Position numbers and translations under genes: made by a program. The notes beneath the pieces were generated by a model. The model was not told the origin of the DNA, did no database searches, and saw nothing but the letters and a program-made list of their open reading frames with translations. Below are positions 37,195 to 50,802 of a stretch of DNA of 64,000 nt, in pieces (position 1 is the stretch's first letter; every line of letters begins with the position of its first letter). The DNA lies in contig NC_068982.1 in the NCBI RefSeq assembly GCF_001194135.2, positions 180,502,862 to 180,566,861 of the forward strand. Reading direction: 5' to 3'. This stretch comes from Octopus bimaculoides (Eukaryota).

Positions 37195-38199
37195 TTATAT
37201 CAAAATAATGCTTATATGTTTATAGATTATAGATATACGTGCCCATATTTGCGCATTTGCATATACCCTCATATATATTTGTATACATATAACCATAAAT
37301 AATATCTTGCAACAGTCGCAAACTATACGTATTGTGTAATAAGAAACTGTTAGCACATTTTCAAATTACACAATTTGTATACAGTGTGTATATTGCCAGA
37401 TGCTACGTATTTAAATATTTATGGACACACGTACCTATGTATGTATGCTTGTAAGTTTAGGTTTGCTTATTTGTATTAATACATATATACATAAATATTT
37501 ATAATATTTACATACACGGGTACATAGGTGTATACACACACGCATATATTTACACCTCTACATATTTCGAAGTATTAATTATATACACAAATAAAGCGCC
37601 GTATACATGGCAATACCATTTTTGTACACAGACGTGCAGATATGCGTTCGTGTGTATGTTATTCATATACGTTTATATATGTATATGTGTGTGTGTCTCT
37701 GTGTCTGTACGTGTGTGTGTACCGATATGTATATAATAGGTGTATGCATGCGTGTGAGTGCACGTATATATGAGTGCGCGCTCATGTACATTTGTCTGTG
37801 TTTGTGCCTGTATATGCAAATTGGGAGTTAAAAAGTGAGTCAGGAAATAATGCATGCAATCAATTTTAAACAGCTGAAATAGGAGAGAAGTTAATATATC
37901 CAGCTACATTCTGTGGGTATTGAATTTCAATCTAATTAGAATATATATTCTTGAGATTGTAGGTAAACACATAAAATTCATAGGTAGATAGTCATGACTC
38001 AGCTATTATACAGGATCCAGCAACGTGTTTTTGAAGCTACTAATTTGACCTTTACGTTAGTTATGTTTATACATTATCAATCATTTCTGTCTTTCGGCAC
38101 AAACCTTGTTAGTACGTCTATACACGAATTATGAAGATAGGCTCTATCGTTAATTTTTCGCTTTTGCAATATCTGTTTATGACTTTGGTATAATCTTTT

Positions 38200-38870
38200 C
38201 CCTAACTACCTACTAGCAGTGTCAAGCAAATTAAATATTCTACTTATCTCTGTATCAACCCATACTGTAACAATCACCGTTCTCTGTTCTTCAAACTGCA
38301 ACCCAACTCATTCCTAAATGTATGATCTAATCTTTTGTAAAATATGCGTTTCCCATCTCTGAAACCTTTCCTTCCAGAAATTGTAACTCCAGACTGTTTT
38401 AAATCTATATGCTAATCTTGTGCCAAACCAAAAAATACCACGATCTCTTGCTTGTCGGCTTAACATCATAAACACAAGGTCACGTGTATTTATTATATAC
38501 ATTTGGTAATGAGGTCAAATCGTGTAACTAAAGGTTCAGGATTTAAGACTAGGTGTGAAACTTCAAAGTTAGGTAAAAGGAGGCGATCATTGTGGAGTTC
38601 TTTCCGACCACAACATCTATCGACTAATCTCTTGTAACTTCTAGTCATATCTATGTAGAAAATAATATGTTAACATAAATAATATTTTTACAGAGAACAT
38701 ATCTTTCATCTTGAGATAAACTACATAGGATCCTTACAAAAACGCATCTGCTGGTAGGCGATATTGACCGAACAGGAAACATACTGGATAGACACAGGCT
38801 GATGAGAATTAAGGCAACAATTCCGAGTACCAATTTTAATAAATTCGTCTTGTTTTTAAGCACAATGAAT
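38200..38870 (-). mobile_element. Decayed CR1/L2-type RT relic
   Basis: Minus strand ELHNDRLLLPNFEVSHLVLNPE (cf. LQ.DL..L..W...L.LN.EK), followed by INTRDLVF (cf. RDLG). Confidence 0.45.
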
Positions 38871-40794
38871 TCTGAATGATGTGTTAACTTTTCTATAGAT
38901 TTTCCTTCACAGTGAAGAAGAATTGTTTGATGCTGTATGAAGCAGTTTTATTACTACAATAAATGCTACAGAGGTCTATGTCCCTTATAACTGATAAGGG
39001 CCTCAAGTTCGGACCAACTTAATTTTGATTTACCTCAAATGCCTTCGTCTTTGCTACCTACGTGTTGAATTAACGAAATTATTGCAAGTAAATTCATATA
39101 AATACTCTGTAACGAAATTATTGCAAGTCAATTTATATAAATACTCATACACACAAAAACATTCACACACACACAGATACACATATATTACATAAGTATT
39201 GCGACAGAAGGCTCTGCACCAACAATACGCGCCATAAATTTTGAGACTTATGAAGTGAGTGATTACAGAAATAAAATGAGAGAGTATACGAAGTCCTTTT
39301 CGTGCATTTGTTTCTGCTAAATGAAATTCAGTAAACGATATATATTTTAATGAATATTTACATTTATATTAATATATAAACTATTGTTGTTTTCACTTAA
39401 AGCGAACATCTGCTCCAAATAGAAAAATTACAAAACAAAGTAAAACTTTTTTTATTTCTAGTTTTTCAGTTGCATTGAAATACAATCTCTAGACAATTCA
39501 ATTTTGTATTATTTGTAAGATAATAAGTATGGCGCCAGATGGAACATTTCTACTAGAATTTCTGGTTGAATTATCGGACTCAACAAAATGTTCAATATCC
39601 TCAAAGTTTTCTGACAAACTTATTAAAATAGCAACATTGACCTTCTATTATCACTATCATTTTAAAGTCAAATGCTTTCTCAGAAATTTAAATAAATGAA
39701 AATGCATTTTTTTTCTATTTCTCCTTGTCTACACTTTGAAGAAAATCTATTTAGAAGCTTTTAAAATTCCTGCTTTATAAATATTTGAAAATATGGTATA
39801 TCATTAAAGTTTTATTTGTTTCTTTCGTGGTATAAATCAAGTAAAACTGCAAACCAACTTAGCATATATCTTGCATTTCATTTCCACAGAAAAATAAACC
39901 ATTTTATTCCTTTATTGTTTTATTTAAATTATATCCTGATATATCTTAAGTAGTCCAGTTCAAGTTTATTGCTATTTCATGCTGTAAACTTTAAACGGAA
40001 GCTAAAGTTTATGCTACTTTCTGCAGTAAGGTTATATTTTGCTGAATAACTTTATAAAACAGTAAGATGTGACAATATGATTAATGTACCCATAAAATAT
40101 AGTCTGAAGGTAGTGATGGGGAAGTCCTGGTCAGCAAACATTATACAGTGAAGTTTATCTGACCTGAAACATTATATTCCTTATCTCCCTACTGCATAGA
40201 AACACATGAACGTCACTGATTAATGTCTATGGTGCTGTAGGACAAAAGAGTTTATTATTATGATTTGTGTCATTTTCTCTAGTTTTATTTCTCTCGCATA
40301 TTTTTATTCAGCTTACACCTTTAATTACTTACAATTTCTTCAGGTAAGTGAACATGTTATAAGTGTGGAGACGGGTGATTATCTGTATCACTCTTTCTGG
40401 TTTAGCACACAATTGATAAAGCATAGACTTTCTCCTGGTGTCGTCTTTGTCTTTAATCTGCATCAGTCGATAAATATACATATGGGGTGGGATATATAGA
40501 TTATGTCTGCTCTTCTAGAAATATGGTGTAGTGCTTTAGATAATCACCATTATTCTATGGGATATATATTTTAATGCACTGACATGATACAATAAATATG
40601 AAGGGAAACACACTTAGTAAGCACATAATAACTATTACGTATATCTAATGTTGATATTTACCTCTGAAGTAATATGGGGAATGGTTGTTAAGAAGTTGAA
40701 ATATTCGACCTTTTGTTCAATAAAATTTGTAATTTAAATGTTTAGAGGTTCTTATATAAGAAACTATTCACACTAAACGTAGAGGCGATAAAGG

Positions 40795-40915
40795 AGAGGG
40801 AGAGGGAGAGGGAGAGAGATAGGGAGAGAGAGAGAGAGAGCGAGAGAGAGAGAGAGAGCGAGAGAGAGAGAGAGAAAGAGAGAGAGAGGGATAGGGAGAA
40901 GGAGAGAAAGAAAGG
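40795..40915. repeat. (GA)n microsatellite
   Basis: Direct reading. Another lies at about 61532-61575. Confidence 0.95.
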
Positions 40916-41295
40916 CAGAATGAGAAAGGGTGAAAGTGCTGGATAGAAAAGGATATAATAATCTTTACTGGCACCCAAAAATAGATATCGACATCTGAGT
41001 CAAGATGTAGTGAAAAAAGATACGAAGACGGGATTTATTGATGCTTATGAAAATATTTGTCCATTTGTTATTGAAATACTCAATTTAAGTGTATTTAGAA
41101 CTAAAACATTTTCCCCCCTGCATCGTCAGTAAAACAGCAAACTGTTGTTATATTACATGGAAAAATGCAAGCATGAAAAGTCATATTCATAAAATTATAA
41201 ACCTGGAAAAGTATAGGACAAGTTATTACTTCTAGCAAAGCAAAGAATAAGAAAATTTTTACTCAAAATATTGCAGTAAAGAAAGCCAGTTCTTA

Positions 41296-41521
41296 ATTAA
41301 TTAAATAATCTGTACGTCAATTGAATAGATCCGGAATGGATGAAAGACAAAATCGACCTCGGCGGAATTTGAACTCAGAACGTAAAATGTGATGAAATAC
41401 CGCTTCTAAAATACAAAATTTTGTCAAAAACGTTAGAAATAAACGCTGTTCTGTGACATATTCTATCAAAAACGGAAGTTTGAAAGTGCTTAGTTAAAAA
41501 GATTAATTAAATAATCTGTAC
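41296..41521. mobile_element. Rearranged fragment of the foldback family plus a family A SINE piece (41333-41404, -)
   Basis: TGAATAGATCC terminus at 41322-41332. AAATACAAAATTTTGTCAAAAACG...GAAGTTTGAAA (41408-41485) matches the right arm at about 10848-10925. Confidence 0.75.
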
Positions 41522-42859
41522 CTTAGAAGATAAGAATTCATTTTAGAAAATTAATCTTTATTCTTATTCCTAAGCGCTACTCTCTTACTACCTTACATAC
41601 TGACATGAAATTTCATAACATTTTACATCATGACTCTGTCTCTACTAATTTTTGTTCGATTACGACAAGTGATTCTGAATTCCTCATGCATTTTTCTATC
41701 ATTTAAGCTAAGAAAGGTATTCTTTTAATTTAAAATTAAAAAGTTTATGTTAATTGAAGATGAATATCTGCCTTACTGTCCCCCACCCCTCCCCACCCTT
41801 GGGTCGCAGATATTTTGATGTAACTTTTTTCTACTGAACTAAATCTCAAACTATTTATGCCAAAGTGTAGCTGAGGAGTTGTCCTCTTTAAAACTATTAA
41901 CAGTTTGCAATTTAGTTGAGAACTGAATTAGTGGTGAAGCTTGGAAGCTGCTGTGATTGACGAAATGGTGGACTTAAGAATATATTCAGCCACGGTAGTG
42001 GTTGAATGATTCCTATGATTTCCGTTTTAGAACTTTTAAAGTTGATTCAGGATTCTACTTTTTAATTAATCCGTTTAGAAGAGAAACGTTTTAATTCTAA
42101 ATTTATATTATATAAAGTCAAAACCAGATATGAGAATACACTGTGTCATCTTTCTTATTGATTTGAAATTGTAGAACTTCCGTCGGCTTCTTTTATATTG
42201 TGAATATCAGAAACATCAAGACAACTAAGTTATTTGAAATATTCATAAACGGTCTAAACATTTAGAAATGCAATGTCATATAATTATTTTGTATCATATG
42301 AGATATCACAAAGAAATTATTAAATGGCAGCGACACACCATAATACACGTATGTCTGAGTGCATATAAACACCCATAAAACACTTGTTTATCTGTTATAT
42401 TATTAGCTAATTCTGTTTTTATCTTTGTCTTTGATCATTCTGGTTGATATATTGCCATCTGTTTGATATGATATCATATAATTCTGTTTGATATCTCATC
42501 CTGACCATTGTTGCAAGAGTTTAAATACATAGGGGTGAAAGAAACTGCGATTACCTTTATGGTAGTTTTGTTATTTGTATAGATTTATCATGAGGTTATA
42601 ATCAGGTGTGATATCAACTTATGTTAAATATTTCAATTGTGACAGAAACCATTGAGTGGAAAAAAAAGCAAACTATTTAGAAAGTAATAGTTTTCTATAC
42701 TTTCATGTACTTCCTTCAGAAAACTATTGAAAAATATTTACAAAAGTTTTCAATTATGTTTTAAAGAGACATTTACGAAGCAAAATATAGTGAAACGGAT
42801 ATTCATGAACAACATATCTAGTAAATATATTATTATCGTTTAGCCCCATGATAGCTCTG

Positions 42860-43650
42860 ATTGAGCAAAACTTGTGATCAGCAATCAGTCTAAGAAAAGC
42901 GTGTTCGTTGTTGTGAATAACCTGATATATGAAAGTGGCAGTTCTGAATAACTGAATCTTCTTAGTTTACTTGCCAAGTCTTGATGGAGTAGTGCCTATG
43001 GGATTCGCAGGTGCTTCGGAATCAGTAGGATTGATACAGAGTTAATGTTCCATTTAAAGAGTTACAATTTGGCATGAATAGGAAAGGGGAGATCTTTAAA
43101 AATCTATCGTTTTTTCAGAAGGTAATGATTACTTCAGATTCTAGATTGTAGGTTGAAACATCATGAATGGATAGGAAATTTTTCGGTGATAGTTAGACCT
43201 AGTAGGTTGAGCGACAATAATGCCTTTAGAAGAGTCGACGCTCATGTTTAAGGCGAAGGCGCAATGTTTTCTTGATACGAATAGCCATTGTATAATTTTT
43301 GCCGTTGAAAGAAACAATTTGACGTGCCCTATAGGAGGATGTTTTCAAGATTTCTCTTCATGCAAGCAACGCAAATTTGGCATACATTTTCTACTTCGTA
43401 AGTAGTTGATGCATAATTAGGGAAGTTTAAAAAGCAATAAAAGTCAATATTGCCTGCGTAAAAGTGTGCCTTACTGGGCGTGGCAGTGAATAGTATACTG
43501 GTATATACAACGAAGAGAGTGGATAACAGAAAGAGCTCAGTCAACAAACTACTTGATAGCCTAAATACATATAATGCTACAATGTAACTTGTATGAGTTA
43601 AACACAATATGCTGGTAATTATGAGCGTTTGTAAACAGGTAATGAGTTTG
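42860..43650 (-). mobile_element. Decayed CR1/L2-type RT relic
   Basis: ORF 43329-43607 LSTLFVVYTSILFTATPSKAHFYAGNI resembles GP.LF.IYINDL....YADD. Confidence 0.5.
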
Positions 43651-44740
43651 AATTTGTCTCTTTTAGATTTATATTACTACATTTATTAGTGTATGTTCAT
43701 TTTTTGGTACTGTAAATTATGATTTGCTACACGTTAGCAAGATAAAGGAACTGTGTAAAGAATCGTAAAACGTGCGATATGAGCCGTAATACATTGATTG
43801 TCTGGAAACAACATATTGACATTACACGGAAAACAACATATTGACAATACACATTATCGAAATAACATATTGACATTACACGGTAGTTGCACTACTCCAT
43901 GACGACGTGAGATGCTGCTGACATCGATAGAATTCTTCTTCACAGACAAAATACAATTGGTGATTGTGATACATGGAAACACCAAATTTACTAGAACTAT
44001 CAAATAAGTTTAGGACAATGAACAAATGTTTGCAAAGAAATGCTATAGAATTCAATTGGCTTTCACATTACAATAAAGTCATTATTTATCGCAGAAGAAA
44101 TTTACCAGAAATTTACCAATAATATATTATGTGTTCTAAGAAAATTATCCTAATTGTTGATTGAATATACGCAAGAGAACAGTAATAGACGTTATAGTTC
44201 AATTGATTATAGATACTAAAATTTCGAAAGAAAATTAAACATATTGTATTTCCAACATTGTCTAAACAATTTCGAAAATGTATCTTTCTATGCAAGATGC
44301 ATTTTAAAAACCTTCTCTTGTTCATTCTGTATCTACGTAGGATGCAAAATTGATGTCAAATACCCAGCGGCATGAAACTCTAAATACAGAGTGAAATATA
44401 TCTTTCTATAGTTTCAAATGATTATTTCCATTTCATGAGATACATCCGTAAATGTTTCCACTCTGCTTAGAAGCAAGTAATCTAAGTAATGCGATATTCT
44501 CACTCCATTAATTTACTATGTTCAACAATAGCCAGGCAGAACGTTACTTGATTGACGTTTTCTAAGTAGCATTGCTAACAATTGTATATTATATACCAAT
44601 AACAGCGGCAGTAATAAGCTAATGTTAGATTCAGATTTGAAACTTTATGATATTAAGTGTTACATGTATACATATAAGCATACTTACATGCATGACCTTC
44701 ATCTCACAAGCACACAAAGGCATATAAAGTGTGCGTGTTT

Positions 44741-44773
<33 letters not shown>

Positions 44774-44949
44774 AAGGAAATGGAATTCACGAGACTCTTT
44801 ATTATTCACAACGCTCCTTTGTACCCATCACAGAGTTACGTGAATTCCATATTCATTCTATCAAATTTTATAAGCTCTAAAGACACGAAGAAATTCCTGA
44901 AGTACATCCGTACTTTTGATGACATCAGGTAGCCGAATACAGTGAACAG

Positions 44950-47900
44950 GATTTAAACGGCATAAACAATGAGTATACCCTTTAGCCCCAGGTTAACACT
45001 GAATGAATAATCCCTAGTATTCGGATAGGCGGCAGAACTATCTCAAATTGGGCTCGATCCACAAATTCCTCTTTCCAGATACACTATGCTTTCACTTTGC
45101 TGGGTTCTAACATGCATAATTTGACGTGTTCTGTTGAATTTCATGAGATGCACTCTGGATGTATGGCACTCTCTCCACTTCACAGTACGTCCGTAGATTC
45201 TGTTCCTGCCCAAAAGGAAGTGGCAAGAGGAACTTGTCTAGAATACAATATATGTTACTCATCAGCACTTACTTTTTACGGTGAACATCCCAATACAGTG
45301 TTTGGGCTATTGTGATCATTTTTGTTGCAGTGATATATTTGTGTCCTTTTTATTTGTTTTATCTGGCCTGAAGTGTTAATTATAGGTCAAACTAATACAG
45401 CAGCTATAGTATTGCATTATGATAATGCAAGAGTTAAGTTTTATTTTTTGGTATTTTACTTGAACATAAAGTTATTTATCATAGTGATTTAACGTGCTCA
45501 CAGATAATCTTTTGTTAGGATGTTTTCAGTTTGTTTAAGATGTCATTGATATCTATGCTGTACCATTTAAATAGCCATGGGTGATGGAGCTATGCCTGTT
45601 TTCTATGTGGAATATTTAAAGATTCCCTGGTAATTTAAGGTGGCGTTTTCTGTTTGTTTCTTGACCTTTCTTAATGATGTTAGTATCATTCTTTCTTCCA
45701 TCACAGTTTAATACCAAGTCTAATAGCGTTATTTTATCTGTGAGTTTATTGCGTCCAGTAGTGTTTGCTTCCAAATGTTAAAGATGGCCTTGAAGATAAA
45801 TTCTGTTGAAATATTTTTTCTTTTCTTTCTCTTCTTGATGTGAACAGAAGTTCACATCAAACAAGGCGTACGAGATAAATATCAGTAATATATATTGTTT
45901 AATGTTTTTAAGGTTATTCAAAGGTTACGTTGTGTAGTTATATGAAGATGCAACTACGACTGAAATGAAGATTTGCCGCTTTGGAAAGGTTTTCAAATAG
46001 ATCTTTTCAACCAAATGTCCCTTACAATGCTCTGGTCTGTCGATCGAAGACTACGGTAGAAACCAAAGCATTGGAACTGAGCTTGAAGTCAAATATTTGC
46101 CAAAAGAACGTTTTAATCTCTACAAGAATTTTTATCCACAAACAACTGTCTTCCTCCAACAGTTATAAGCAATACCTAAAATTGGTTTCAAATTTTGGTA
46201 GCATTTGGGGATGGAATAGTCGATTACATCGATTACAACAAACCCGGTGCTCAACAGGTAGTTATTTTATCGCCCCGGAAGGATGAAAGGCAAAGTCAAT
46301 ATCTACGGAATTAGAATGTAAAGGTGAACAAAATGCTCGCCGCGCTAACGAATATGTCAGCTCACCACCTTGCAATTAGTACCTAATACTGATTTCAAAT
46401 TTTGGCACAAGGCCAACAAACTCAGGAGAGGGATAAGTCAATTACATGGACCTCAGTGCTCAATTGGTACTTATTTATTCGACCCCGAACGGATGAACTC
46501 AAAACGTAAAGACAGAAGAAATGCTGTTAAGCATTTTGCCCGATATGCTAACGATTGTGCCAACTCACCACCTTGTAAGCAATACCTCTTTTGAATCGAA
46601 AATTGTATGTTATTTCTTTGCTTTCTGGGTTATGCTGTTGCGAGAGGAAATAGACAGAGTTGGGTATTTTCTGATATTTATCTCGGACAAAAAGAATCTA
46701 TTGATGATATTGTTCCACGTTCTAGTATTGATTGTGCATCTTGTTCACTATCCGCCCTTCCAAATCCACTTCATTAATAGTGTCCGATAGGCGTTTGTTT
46801 CCGCTAAGAAATAAATAAATAGATAAGTATATAAATAAATAGTTATATAAGAATGCTTTGATATAGATCTTTACTGATACACTGTTTTCGTTTCCGAATT
46901 TCTTGTTTAGTGTCTGAGTTGTTTTCCAAAATTTTTTAACCGTTAGCATTGAATACTATGCCCTCTACTTATGTTAAACTATTTCCTTTAACCCATGTTA
47001 CCAAGTCTAATAGCGTTATTTTACCTGTGAGTTTATTGCGTCCAGTAGTGTTTTCTTCCAAATGTTAAAGATGTCCTTGAAGATAAATTCTGTTGAAATA
47101 TTTGTTTGAGTCTTTACTTTTCTTTCTCTTCGTCTTTGTTCAATGTGGACACCCTCAACTGAAAGTTTCACAAGTTGTGCAAGAGGTTGCGTTTTGTATA
47201 TTTTGTTCCAGGAGTAATAATTGTGCGCCATCTGGATAGATGTAGATGAAACGATGCATTTAAAATATGTAGTGGGCTTCATAGGAATACAATTCTATGC
47301 AGCAAATTAATAAGTAATATGAATTGAGAGGCTACTAAAGAGAAAGATTAGAGAAGACAAACACTATGAGTTGATGTGGTACAGCAGGAGCAATTGTAAT
47401 AACATTGAGAATACTCATGTCAATTTGTAATAATACGTGAAGGGTTGCCACTCAGTTGGGTGTCTAGAATGTATAGTAGCTGCTGCAACCTAGGTTACTC
47501 ACTGATAGTATGATGTGTTGTACATGTATAGCTCACCAGCTGGTTAGAGATCAGTAACCTCTGGTCCTCAAACATTGCTTCTGATATGCGATTGCAACAC
47601 TATCCTATATGGTCGTCATGAGCTATCGCAGTAACAAATTTGTTACAATATTTCATAGATCAAGTGCCATTAGTCGAAACAGTGGAGTGTATGTTCCGTC
47701 ACAGAAATTTTATGCTGCTGAAGAAAACCAGGTTATTTTGTACTTATTGTTATTTCCCTGGTGTCTTTATGACGTCCGGTTGACGACATTGTGAAAAGGC
47801 AATGTAACTCTTTGCTAAAGCAAATAGCTTCATCAATGTTATTTATGTAGAGGAGAAAAGAAACGAGATCTGGAGGACAGTAGAATTCGTAATATTTAGA

Positions 47901-48300
47901 TTAGAGGTGCTTTATCTGTGTATCTTTTGGAAGTATTGTCTGGCAGAAAATCATCCAAGAGATGCGAGGCATATATATCCCATATGCGAGCAACTACATA
48001 AATGTTCTTCGACTGAGGCACGACCAAAAAGCAAAACTTTATTGGTGTTTAAATTAGAGGTGCTGGTCTCCTGTAGATTTGTTTCTACATAGGCCGCACC
48101 GATGATAGTTGGAAAAACAAATGGGACGCTTTTTATGATTTTTGGTTGTTTGTTCTTTCTAGCCTGGTAGCATTCTATGCCTGATAATTCCAGTTTCAGG
48201 ATATAGCTGTACAAATGAAGATAAACATCTAAATGTGTCCAGTTACTGTATATGGCATCACATAGGAAACCCTTCGATTCAAGAGTGTGCTACATGAGAA
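44950..48300 (-). mobile_element. Two tandem decayed CR1/L2-type RT relics interrupted by SINEs
   Basis: ISTEFIFKAIFNIWKQTLLDAINSQIK (cf. IYLDF.KAFD.V.H..LL.KL) occurs twice. LMKFNRTRQIMHV (cf. MKFN..KC.IMH) lies near 45130. Confidence 0.55.
46178..46575 (-). mobile_element. Head-to-tail family A SINE dimer with 12-bp flanking direct repeat
   Basis: Two copies, each ending (plus strand) in CTCACCACCTTG. TAAGCAATACCT at 46166-46177 and 46576-46587. Confidence 0.85.
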
Positions 48301-49835
48301 TAAACACACTTTAGTACTGTGACATCTCAATTCATGATTTCATTAATTTTGTTCATGTTGTAGTAGTCTGGAATACTGGTGAAAATCGTAAAGACGGTGA
48401 TGACGATGATAATAATATCAAAGCTATAATCTTAATCTGATATGAATCGACCTCGGAAGTGGAAAAGAAATATATTGGTCAGTAAGCCGAAATCCAACAG
48501 TTGATCTAATATAATAGTAGGAGAACATTATATTGAGTTTTTTAAGAAGCAACAACACGAATATGTTGGAAAGTAATCACTTCAAGAACAGAAAATAATA
48601 ATTAGAAAAATCAAATTTCTATAAGTGTAGGTTGAATAAGAGGAAAAAAGCTTTAGCTATTATTGTGCCTATATAGTTATGACTAGTTGAGATTAAATGC
48701 TTATCAAAGTGAAATATATCGTCTATGTAGCAGAAATCAATAATAATAGCGTATTAATTATAACATCGACTGACTGAATTCCTGTAAATCTTGCCATAAT
48801 AGAAAGTGAACCGAAAGATTGAAATCCATAGCGAACGATAGCGCAATCTATATTTCGTATCAAACATGAAAGTTATTGAACAAGCGAAGTAATTTCAGTA
48901 GCTATGAAATGTATAAAGATTTCTTGAAAGACATAAATGAAAGAGAAGAAAAGGATGGAACAACGGATATATAAAGAAGAAAAGTAATAAGAAAAGAGAA
49001 GATAATATGAAGAAGAGATAAGTAGAAGAAAATGAGGACGAGGTCGACGACGATGATGAAGAAGGAGAGGAGGAGGAGAAGGGGGAGGGTGAGGAGGAGG
49101 AGGAGAAGAAGAAGCAGAAGAAGAAGCAGAAGAAGAAGATGAAATAGGAGGAGGAGGAGGAAGAGATAGAGAAGGACAAGAATAAGAAGTCGTAGATGAA
49201 AGGAAAATATTGACAGAATTACAGGATATGCAGATCTAAGATGAAATACAAATAAAATCTATGATATGTAATATCTTATTGCAACATATTTGGAAATTGT
49301 TAAAAGATCATTAGTCTCAAGAGTACGGAGATTGTTTTTATCTCCAGAACCAGAAAGTATTACATTATGAAAAATTCCTGATAAATAACAGAATTAGGAG
49401 TTTGAATATTCCACTTGTCATTTGGAACTGTCTTGCAGATGGTTCCAATAATATTTCCTTCGTCTTGAGTTCGATCAATGTTATTTCTGTTGGGAAAGGA
49501 AAATATTTTTGAATTGATTTCGATTCGTAATATATATCACATCATTTCACATTGCCCTTAGCAAGGTATATCAAGAAGAAATTAATAAGATAAAAGTTTA
49601 CTCTTATCATTGGGAGTAAAATAGCATATAAATAAAGGAATTATGAACGTCTTTAATGTAGCGATATAAACTCACTTGCCTGAATTAATTTTGATGAAAA
49701 CGATATAAAAGATAACAGAAATCATATTTATCAGATATAGATATTAATGGGAAGTTGCTTATACTCACAAAGAAACGTATGCACTTAGATATATCTTGAA
49801 CTTTTACATGCATACATACATGCGTTCATGTATAC

Positions 49836-49902
<67 letters not shown>

Positions 49903-50728
49903 CGCGCGTGTGTGTGTGTATGTTTGATTATTTATATTGACAAATATTAAATCTATAACATAATTTAATTCAATAACACATGTAAATAATCTGGATATTG
50001 ATTGAACTGTTAGTGTAGAAGATAAGTTTTGTCTACAATAACATAATAGTTACATACGTTTTGAATATTTACGTAGAAACAGGCAGAAACACACCGACTA
50101 TAGAATCAACAATGCGTTACTGTATAAACGACTGATGCAAGATGTGACGAAATGCGAACATGACTTCAATGGGATTTCGAATCAGGATGAAAGCAATAAC
50201 CTTCCAGAAGTTCCAAATGCATCATATCCAAAGTTTTACATTCTCTGCCCTTCACCTCTATTAGGTATATAAACATGTTGATTGTGCAGCGGCTAAAGTT
50301 ATAATAAAATTATATGAGGGCTCTCTTTATGTCTGAATACAAGAATATCTTCAGAGTTCAAAGTTCAAAATACAGAAATGCAGTAATATAATAATGCGCA
50401 TGTAAATAGCTACAAACACAATTATATGGTTAGGAAACCATAAATATACCAAGGAAATATAAGCAACATAAATGTGATGCGTAACATCAGATTTAGTAGC
50501 TTTAAGTAGATAGGAAGTGAGTGTAGAAATATATCACAGATAAATTTTATAAAATTTCGTGCATCCCTCCACAGAAAATATTCATGTAGATTTAAGTGAC
50601 TATACGCAGAAACAAAAGAAATTATCAAACGATACACACACACACATATATGTATAATATGTATAGTTGAAATTTACAGAATAACAAAACACGAAGACAG
50701 GTGTATGAACAACAAGCAGGTGTATTAG

Positions 50729-50802
<74 letters not shown>

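Noticed and set aside
38990-39012. ACTGATAAGGGC, matching the miR-184 3' end, in a small hairpin
   Set aside because: The seed region is absent and the stem is only 7 bp.
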